Source of the DNA: Solirubrobacterales bacterium
GTDB taxonomy: Bacteria; Pseudomonadota; Alphaproteobacteria; Rhodospirillales; Magnetospirillaceae
DNA: 64,000 nucleotides
Assembly: GCA_050260775.1 (NCBI GenBank)
Contig: JBLNCP010000041.1
Span: 18,198 to 82,197, forward strand
Reading direction: 5' to 3'
Of this stretch, positions 55,078-62,119 are shown in pieces. The position numbers and the translations under genes were made by a program. Every line of letters begins with the position of its first letter. Within the stretch, counting starts at the first letter, position 1. A model generated the notes under the pieces. That model was not told where the DNA came from and did no database searches. It saw nothing but the letters and a program-made list of their open reading frames with translations.

Positions 55078-56997
55078 CATCGCCGTCAGTTCGCGGGCCA
55101 TGGCCCGCACCACCGGCTCCCAGTCGTCGACCCGCTCCTGCCGGAACAGCCGCGCGCTGGGATACCACGGGCTGTCCTCGCGGTCGCGCAGCCAGCGCCA
55201 GTCGGCCACCGCCGACAGCATCATCCACAGGGGACGGCCGAGGGCTCCGGCCAGGTGGGCGGGAGCGGTGCACGAACTGATGACCAGATCCAGGCCGGCC
55301 ATGATGGCGGCGGTGTCGTCGAAGCTTTGGATGTCGGCGCCCAGGTCGGTGACGTTGGCGGGCAGGTCGCGGTCGGCGAGGTGCCGGCGGCCGTCTTCCT
55401 TCTGCAGGGCGAAGAAGTGTACGCCCGGAACGTCGAACAGCGGCGCCACGGCGGCCAGGCCCGGCGAGCGCCAATGGTCCTCGGCGAAGGTGGCGCGTCC
55501 CGCCCAGATGATCCCGACCTTGAGGCCCGAGGGCGCCGCCTTGCGCAGGCGCTTGCGCCAGGTGGTCACCAGCTTCTTGTCGGGGCTGAGATAGGGGGCC
55601 TTGCACGGGATGGTGTCCAGCGTGGTGCGCAGCCGCTTGGCCACCCCCATCAGCGGGCAATGGAGGTCGACCTCGGGCAGCGGGGTGCCCGAGCGATGCA
55701 GGGTGCCGACGCCCGCCAGCCGCCCCATGAGGCCAAGGAGCGCCTCGTGCGGGGTGAACACCACGTGGGCGCCCTGGGCGGCCAGCACGGGGACGTAGCG
55801 GGCGAAGAACAAGGTGTCGCCCAGACCCTGTTCGGCATGGACGAGGATGCGGCGGCCGGCCAGATCCTCACCCTGCCACTCGGGCATCGGGAAGGCGCGG
55901 CGATGGGGGGCGAGGTGGGGCGTCTCCCAGCGCGCCTCGTAGCCGTCCCAGCCGCGCACGTCCCCCAGGGTGAGCAGGGCAAGGCCGTGCTCGAGGCGCG
56001 CGTCGACGTTGGCGGGATCGAGTTCCTGCGCCTTGGCGAAGGCGGCGATGGCCTCTTCCAGGTTTCTCGCATACTTGAGCCCGCGTCCCAGGGCGACCCA
56101 CGACGAGGCCTCTGCCGGCTTCAGGTCCAGGGCGCGGCGGTAGGCGGCGATGGCCTCGTCAAAGCGGGCGCCGTCGATGAGGGCGTTGCCGAGATTGCCC
56201 CAGGCGTCGGCCAGGGCGGGATTGAGCGCCAGCGCCCGCGAGATCAGCCTTGCCGCCTCGGCCGGGTTCTTGCCGGCGCGGTGGACGACCCCCAGCAGGT
56301 GCAGGGCGTCGACATTGTCCGGATCGGCGGCCAGCACCGCCTCGTAGCCGGCCCGGGCCTCGTCGTGCCGGCCGGCGCGATGGGCGTCGAACGCGCGCTT
56401 GAGTTGGCTGTCCCGGTCGATTTGCGGGTGATACACAAGGATTGCGCCGTGAGGCTGGCCCAGATAGCCGAGATCGGCCAAACCGGCCTCTACGGCCTTC
56501 AGATCGGGCGCCAGCACCAGGCCGGGGCGGAACCGCTGGATGAGGGCGAGGGCGGCGGCAAGGGTGCCCCCGGAGGCTCCGATCAGGCTGATGCCGTCGA
56601 GGCGGTCGATCAGGCCCTCGGAGGCCAGTCCGTCCACGGTCGAGCCGTCCTCGGGCAGGGCGTAGAGGTTGGTCAGGCGGTTGCCCAGTGCATTGCGGGC
56701 CATCCGCGCCAGGGCGACCGGATCGGTCTCCAGCGCGATGACCCGACCCTCCGGCCCGACGAGGCGGGCGGACAGCAGCGCGAGAAAGCCGATGCCGGCG
56801 CCGAGCTCGACGAACGTTCCCCCGGCGGGAAGGCCGGAGAGAAGGGCGGTCGCCGCCTCCGACTGCGGGAAGGCGCCGGCCTTCAGGCGGGCGAGGACGG
56901 CGGCCTGGGCGGCGATGGCGTCGTCCAAGACCAGGGTCAGGGAGCGGGGCTCCCCGTCCGCCGGGGTGAAGGTGAACGTCAGTTTCTGGAGGGGCAT
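55060..56997 (-). CDS. three-part fusion: SAM-methyltransferase-like N domain, TPR repeats, and a GT9-like (heptosyltransferase-fold) glycosyltransferase domain
   Basis: FVELGAGIGFLAL (SAM motif I). TPR repeats follow (AEAARLISRALALNPALADAWGNLGNAL...). The C-terminal part has ILVHAEQGLGDTLFFARYVP, GIIWAG and DLVISSCTAPAHLAGALGRPLW, typical of GT9. ATG 56997 lies 4 nt after the GT41 stop; GTG 57012 is the alternative. Confidence 0.7.
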   Translation of the reverse strand: MPLQKLTFTFTPADGEPRSLTLVLDDAIAAQAAVLARLKAGAFPQSEAATALLSGLPAGGTFVELGAGIGFLALLSARLVGPEGRVIALETDPVALARMARNALGNRLTNLYALPEDGSTVDGLASEGLIDRLDGISLIGASGGTLAAALALIQRFRPGLVLAPDLKAVEAGLADLGYLGQPHGAILVYHPQIDRDSQLKRAFDAHRAGRHDEARAGYEAVLAADPDNVDALHLLGVVHRAGKNPAEAARLISRALALNPALADAWGNLGNALIDGARFDEAIAAYRRALDLKPAEASSWVALGRGLKYARNLEEAIAAFAKAQELDPANVDARLEHGLALLTLGDVRGWDGYEARWETPHLAPHRRAFPMPEWQGEDLAGRRILVHAEQGLGDTLFFARYVPVLAAQGAHVVFTPHEALLGLMGRLAGVGTLHRSGTPLPEVDLHCPLMGVAKRLRTTLDTIPCKAPYLSPDKKLVTTWRKRLRKAAPSGLKVGIIWAGRATFAEDHWRSPGLAAVAPLFDVPGVHFFALQKEDGRRHLADRDLPANVTDLGADIQSFDDTAAIMAGLDLVISSCTAPAHLAGALGRPLWMMLSAVADWRWLRDREDSPWYPSARLFRQERVDDWEPVVRAMARELTAMSGKLV

Positions 56998-57001
56998 GCC
57001 G

Positions 57002-58861
57002 TCAGAGCGCACTCAGGGCGGTCGGGAAGGGCACGACCCGGCTGGTGGGATCGAGCGACGGCTCGCACCACTGCGCCTTCTCGATGGGGCCCAGGAACAG
57101 CGGGGCGTGCGGCCGCTGCTTCTGGATCTGGTCGTGATTCTGCATGATGTGGTCGATGGCGACCTTGAAGTACTCGACGTCGTGCGGGTCGGACAGGCGC
57201 GAATCGAGGTCGTGGGTGCTGATGCGGTAGGACATGGCGGCCCGGTGGTCCGCGTCGTCGATCAGCCGCACCGCCTTGTCCACGTAGTCGTCGGGGTCGC
57301 GGGCGATCAGTTCCTCCAGGCCGACATGGCTGAGGATCTGGGTGCCGAGGCGGCTGTAGAGGTACTTGCCAGGCAGCACCACGATCGGCTGGCTGTAGTA
57401 GAGCGAATCCAGCACCGAGTTGAAGCCGCCGAACGGATTGGCCTCCAGCGCCATGTCGCCCAGGCTGATGGACTGCATGTAGGCGTCGTTCTGGACGTTC
57501 ATCACCTCGACGACGTCGGCGCCCAGCAGGTTGCCCAGGCTGGTGCGGAACGGCAGCAGGGCGTTGTTCTTGAGGATCGTGTTGAGCGGGAAGAAGCGGT
57601 ACTTGATCGGCGTCGACACCCGGTCGCGGATGCGCCGCAGCAGCTGCAGGTGCTCGGCATTGGTCTTCTGCGCCGTCCACGGACAGTTGATGTAGACGAT
57701 CCCCGGCGGCTTCGGCTCGTAGGTCGGCTTGTAGGTCGACAGGATCGTGCGCGCGCCGATGCCGGGAGTGACCACCAGGCGCTCGCTGAACTCGGTGGTG
57801 TAGTCGTGGGCGTTGAAGGTCATGGTGCCGCCCATGAAGTAGTCGACCTCGCCGCCGAAGGTGGAGACCGGATGGCCGCCCCAGATGATCTGGATGGGGG
57901 CCAGCCGCAGGTTCGAGGTGAAGATGCTCTCCACGCTCATGCCCACGTCCACGAAGATGACGGCGTGGAAGTCGTTCTCCTTCACCGCGTCGAGGTCGAG
58001 CCGTCCGTCGCGCACCACCACGAACTTGACGTCCGAGAACAGCTCGCGGTCGATGTGTTCCTTGATGGTGTAGCCGCTGGTGTAGGCGATCAGGACCAGG
58101 TCGTAGTCCTTGGCCAGCTCCTTCATGTAGTCGTAGTACACGCGATGGACGACATGGCCCTTGTACCAGCGGTCGGTGAACACGCCGATCTTCTTCTTGC
58201 CCTTGCTCTTGGGCTTGTTCTGGATGTCGACCGTGCCGAAGCCGGTGCGGACCAGCTGGTTGATCTTGTGCTTGACCACGGCGTTGAGCGACGGGTCGAT
58301 GTAGGTGACGCCGAAATAGGTGTGGTTGATGGCCGGGGGCACGCCGGTCATGCGCGGGTCCTGGTAGGCCAGGTGCTGGCGCAGGTTGGCGAGGGCATGG
58401 GTGTCGGCGAGGTAGCCGTGGGTCGAGCCGACATAGGCGTAGTACCACATGGTCGCCAGGCCGGCATCGGTGCCGAACAGCAGGCTCCGGTCGACCGCCA
58501 CCGAATTGCGCGGCGAGTAGAGCGCCAGCAGCTTGATGAAGTTGTTGGGCTGGACCAGAAGCTGCTCGATCAGGGAATCGGTGCTGCGGAAGCGCGAGAT
58601 CGAGAAGAGGTTGGCGATGGTCTCGTTGAAGCCGATCACCCGCGAGGCCATGCCGCGGGGAACGACGAAGTCGGCGCGGGTGAACAGGAAGCCCAGCGAC
58701 TGGCAGAACTCGTTGATCTTGGTCTGGACCGTGTCGTCGGCCCGCTGGATGCAGACGGTCGACAGGCGTTCCAGGTATTCGGTGATGACCTCGGTGGCCT
58801 TGGCGTGGTCGCCGTCGAGATAATGGCGCAGGGCGGCCTGGGTATCGAACTGGATGTCCAT
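57002..58861 (-). CDS. HMW1C-like GT41-family glycosyltransferase without TPR repeats, putative protein glycosyltransferase
   Basis: About 620 aa with an all-alpha N-terminal region and no TPR. GT41-like motifs: LAPIQIIWGGHPVSTFGGEVDYFMGG, INCPWTAQKTNAEHLQLLRRI and EANPFGGFNSVLDSLYYSQPIVVLPG. The size is that of H. influenzae HMW1C and A. pleuropneumoniae NGT. ATG 58861 lies 7 nt after the HlyD stop; GTG 58879 is the alternative. Confidence 0.6.
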   Translation of the reverse strand: MDIQFDTQAALRHYLDGDHAKATEVITEYLERLSTVCIQRADDTVQTKINEFCQSLGFLFTRADFVVPRGMASRVIGFNETIANLFSISRFRSTDSLIEQLLVQPNNFIKLLALYSPRNSVAVDRSLLFGTDAGLATMWYYAYVGSTHGYLADTHALANLRQHLAYQDPRMTGVPPAINHTYFGVTYIDPSLNAVVKHKINQLVRTGFGTVDIQNKPKSKGKKKIGVFTDRWYKGHVVHRVYYDYMKELAKDYDLVLIAYTSGYTIKEHIDRELFSDVKFVVVRDGRLDLDAVKENDFHAVIFVDVGMSVESIFTSNLRLAPIQIIWGGHPVSTFGGEVDYFMGGTMTFNAHDYTTEFSERLVVTPGIGARTILSTYKPTYEPKPPGIVYINCPWTAQKTNAEHLQLLRRIRDRVSTPIKYRFFPLNTILKNNALLPFRTSLGNLLGADVVEVMNVQNDAYMQSISLGDMALEANPFGGFNSVLDSLYYSQPIVVLPGKYLYSRLGTQILSHVGLEELIARDPDDYVDKAVRLIDDADHRAAMSYRISTHDLDSRLSDPHDVEYFKVAIDHIMQNHDQIQKQRPHAPLFLGPIEKAQWCEPSLDPTSRVVPFPTALSAL

Positions 58862-58868
58862 GGCAGAC

Positions 58869-60167
58869 TCACTTTTCACGGAAGGCGGTCACGAGGGTCT
58901 TGGAAATCGGATTGAGCAGGTAGGTCAGCACCGTGCGCGGGCGGGTGGGGATGACCACCATCACCGGCATGCCGGGCTGGAGCGACGCGTTGACCGCATG
59001 CACGTCCTCCTGCGAAACCTGGACCTTGGTCATGTAGAAACCGAGGCCGCTGCGGGGATCGACCATGCGGTCGGCGGAGATGGACAGCACCTTGCCGGGC
59101 ACGGTGGGGATCAGCGCCGTCTTGAAGGCGATGAGCTTGACCTGCGCCTCCATGCCGACATGCATCGCCTCGATTTCGTCGGTATGGATCGGCGCCTCGA
59201 TGACCAGGTCGCCGGTGGAGGGCACGATCTCCATCACCTTCTCGCCGGGCGAGATCACGGTGGGGACGCCGTGCACGGTCAGGCCGAGCACGTAGCCGTC
59301 TTCCGGGGCGATCACGGTGGCGCGCGACAGCTGCTCCTTGAGGGCCCTGAGCCGGGGGCCGATCTCGGCCAGGCGGTCCTGCGCCTCCTTGAGCTTGCTG
59401 TTGATCTCTTCCTGCTCCTTGCTGCGGACCAGGGCGATCTCGCGGTCGAGCGTCAGCATGCGCTGGCGCGTCTCGTTGACCCGCGAATCCAGCTCGCCGA
59501 GCGTGCCGGTGAGCCCGGCGAGATCGCGCTCGAGCTCCATCAGCTTGACCCGCGGGGCATAGCCCTTGGTCTGGAGATCGCGCATGCCGTCGACCTGGCT
59601 CTGCAGCGAGTGCACCTGCTTGGACTTGCTGTCGCGCTGGGACTGCAGGCCGACGATGGATTCCTTCAGCTGAACCATCTGCTGGTTGCGCAGCGCGATC
59701 TCGCTGTCCAGCGCGCTGCGGCGCGAGCGCAGCAGCTGCAGCTCCTCGTCGATCTGGTCCTGCCGGACCTTGCTGAGGCCGGCAGGGACCTCAAAGGACG
59801 TCGCCCCGGCGCGCTCGGCCACCAGCCGCGACTCGCGCAGCTTCATGGCGTCGAACTGCGCCTCGGTGATGTCGATGTTGGCCTGGATGTCGGTGACGTC
59901 GAGCACCATCAGCGGCTGGCCCGTGGCCACGTGCTCGCCCTCGCGCACCAGGATCTGGCGGACGATGCCGCCATCGCGGTGCTGGATCGGCTTGCGGTAG
60001 CCCTCGACGGCGACATTGCCCTGGCTGACGACGGCGCCTTCCAGCTCGGCGAAGGCGGCCCAGCCGCCGAACACGCCGAAGAACAGGAAGATGAGCCCCC
60101 CGGCCAGGATGATCAGCTTGCGGGCGCTGTCGTCGATGGCGGCCAGGCGGATGGACGGAGTCGTCAT
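58869..60167 (-). CDS. HlyD-family type I secretion periplasmic adaptor
   Basis: 432 aa with an N-terminal TM helix, a lipoyl-like region (VREGEHVATGQPLMVLD), a long coiled coil, and a C-terminal beta-barrel region, typical of T1SS MFPs. Confidence 0.9.
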   Translation of the reverse strand: MTTPSIRLAAIDDSARKLIILAGGLIFLFFGVFGGWAAFAELEGAVVSQGNVAVEGYRKPIQHRDGGIVRQILVREGEHVATGQPLMVLDVTDIQANIDITEAQFDAMKLRESRLVAERAGATSFEVPAGLSKVRQDQIDEELQLLRSRRSALDSEIALRNQQMVQLKESIVGLQSQRDSKSKQVHSLQSQVDGMRDLQTKGYAPRVKLMELERDLAGLTGTLGELDSRVNETRQRMLTLDREIALVRSKEQEEINSKLKEAQDRLAEIGPRLRALKEQLSRATVIAPEDGYVLGLTVHGVPTVISPGEKVMEIVPSTGDLVIEAPIHTDEIEAMHVGMEAQVKLIAFKTALIPTVPGKVLSISADRMVDPRSGLGFYMTKVQVSQEDVHAVNASLQPGMPVMVVIPTRPRTVLTYLLNPISKTLVTAFREK

Positions 60168-60171
60168 GGCC

Positions 60172-61914
60172 TCACGCCCCCTGCTGCGTCATCGCCGGGG
60201 CCGGCGCGGGGGCCTGCGCCGTGTTGTCGGCGACCTTGACCAGCCGGCGCAGGACCTCGTCGCGGCTGCCGGCCTGCTCGATGACGCCCTCGCGCAGGAC
60301 GATGACGTCCTCGACGATGTTGAGCAGATGCGGCCGATGGGTGATCAGCACCATGGTGGTCCCGTTGGCGCGCATGTGCTGCAGGCAATGGATCAACGAC
60401 TGCTCGCCCTCGAGGTCCAGGTTGGAATTGGGCTCGTCGAGGACCAGGAAGGCCGGCATGCCGTAGACGGCGCGGGCAAGGCCGAGGCGCTGGCGCTGGC
60501 CGGCGGACAACTGCCCGCCGCTGGCCTTGAGCTCGGTGTGATAGCCCTGTGGCAGCCGCATGATCAGTTCGTGGATGCCCGCCAGCTTGGCCGCCTCGAT
60601 CACCTTGGCGTCGTCGCCCTCGGCCAGGCGGGTGATGTTGTCGCGCACGCTGGCGGCGAACAGCTCGATGTCCTGGGGCAGAAAGCCGACATGCTGGCCC
60701 ATTTGGCCCATGTCGATGGTGGCGACGTCGGCGCCGTCGAGGCGGCAATGGCCCGAGGTCGGCTGCAGCGCGCCGACCATCAGGCGGGCCAGCGTGCTCT
60801 TGCCGGCGCCGCTCGGCCCGATCAGGGCCACGGCCGCGCCCGGGCGCATGTCGAAGGTGATGCCCGAGATGATCTGCTTGCCGCTGTCGGGCGGAGAGAA
60901 CACCAGACGCTCCACCGAGATCTGGCCCTTGGGGCGGGGCAGGGCGATGGTGGCTTGGCGCGGCGGTTGCGCCAGCAGCAGGTCGTTCAGGCGCTGGAAG
61001 GCGGCGAACGAGGTGAGGACCGGCCGCCATGAGTTGATCAGCATGTCCACCGGCTGGATGGCGCGGCCGAGCAGCATGGCGATGGCGTACATGCCGCCGA
61101 CGCTCATGCCCATGTCGATGACCAGGAAGGCGCCGATGCCGATGGACAGGATTTGCAGGTATTGGCGCAGGAAGCGCGAGATCGCCGTGAACCAAGCCGA
61201 GCGCTCGCTGGCGATCAACTGCTGCAGCAGCATGTCGTCGCGGCTGACCGACCACTTGCGGGTCAGGCCCTCGAACATGCCCATGGCATGGACCACGTCG
61301 GCGTTGCGGACCGCGGAATCCGTGAACTCGTAATTCTCAAGCCCGCGCGCGTTGGATTGGCGCATCGAGCGGCCGGTGACGATCTCGTTGATCACGCCCA
61401 GCGCGATGAGCAGCACGATGGCGCCGGTGGTGAACAGCCCCGCCACCGGGTGGAGGATGAAGACGACGATGACATTGACCGGGATCCACGGGATGTCGAG
61501 GACGGCCAGCACCGCGGGGCTGGAGAAGAATTGCCGCAGCGTGTCCAGGTCGCGCAACGCCTGCCCGGTCGGCTCGCCCGGCAGCTTGCGGGCGGTGTCG
61601 ATGATGGCGCCGACGGTGCGCTTGGCCAGGCGCCGCTCCACCCGCAAACTGCCGCGGATCAGGATCTCGCTGCGCAGGGCGTCAAGGGCGCCGTTGGTCA
61701 GGGTGGCCAGCGCCGCGATCAGGGTCAGCAGCAGCAGCGAGCTTTCGCTGTGGCTGGTCACCACGCGGTCGTAGACCTGCATCATGTAGATGGGATAGGC
61801 GAGGAACAGCAGGCTGATGGCGAAGCCCAGCGCCCCGGCGACCGACAGATGGACGCCGACGCTGTAAGCCGCGTCGACCAATTCCGTCGCGAAGCGGTTC
61901 TTCAACCGAACCAT
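60172..61914 (-). CDS. type I secretion system permease/ATPase, PrtD-type (no C39 peptidase domain)
   Basis: A six-TM domain is followed by the NBD: Walker A GPSGAGKST, signature LSAGQRQRLGLARA, Walker B FLVLDEPNSNLD. ATG 61914 has a GGAGGGGG RBS. The stop lies 4 nt before the HlyD start. Confidence 0.9.
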   Translation of the reverse strand: MVRLKNRFATELVDAAYSVGVHLSVAGALGFAISLLFLAYPIYMMQVYDRVVTSHSESSLLLLTLIAALATLTNGALDALRSEILIRGSLRVERRLAKRTVGAIIDTARKLPGEPTGQALRDLDTLRQFFSSPAVLAVLDIPWIPVNVIVVFILHPVAGLFTTGAIVLLIALGVINEIVTGRSMRQSNARGLENYEFTDSAVRNADVVHAMGMFEGLTRKWSVSRDDMLLQQLIASERSAWFTAISRFLRQYLQILSIGIGAFLVIDMGMSVGGMYAIAMLLGRAIQPVDMLINSWRPVLTSFAAFQRLNDLLLAQPPRQATIALPRPKGQISVERLVFSPPDSGKQIISGITFDMRPGAAVALIGPSGAGKSTLARLMVGALQPTSGHCRLDGADVATIDMGQMGQHVGFLPQDIELFAASVRDNITRLAEGDDAKVIEAAKLAGIHELIMRLPQGYHTELKASGGQLSAGQRQRLGLARAVYGMPAFLVLDEPNSNLDLEGEQSLIHCLQHMRANGTTMVLITHRPHLLNIVEDVIVLREGVIEQAGSRDEVLRRLVKVADNTAQAPAPAPAMTQQGA

Positions 61915-62076
61915 GATCTGGAAATCCCCCTCCAACCCGGCCAGAGCCCGACGAGAAGCGCCGGGCGCCCCGGGACATGCCCGGACGGACCCTTATCAGT
62001 ATTGGGCTTCGGAAGGTTAATTCTTGGCTAAGCCCGCGCGCGATGGCGTGCGGGGACTCGCCTTTGGGGGAAGGGA

Positions 62077-62106
62077 AGGGGGCGCGGGAAAAATCCGCGC
62101 GCCCCC
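62077..62106 (-). terminator. GC-rich stem-loop between the repeat-protein gene and the ABC exporter gene
   Basis: On the minus strand it reads GGGGGCGCGCGGA-TTTTT-CCCGCGCCCCC followed by TTCCCTTCCCCC. It starts about 14 nt after the stop at 62120. Confidence 0.5.
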
Positions 62107-62119
62107 TCTGTTCCCTGCC

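Noticed and set aside
55255-58915. Plus-strand ORFs of 630 aa and 748 aa antisense to the two glycosyltransferase genes
   Set aside because: They are Gly/Arg/Ala/Asp-rich with no motifs. The minus-strand products carry TPR, GT9 and GT41 motifs.
58854-62031. Plus-strand ORFs (461, 338 and 292 aa) antisense to the HlyD and ABC genes
   Set aside because: Shadow ORFs opposite genes with clear T1SS motifs.
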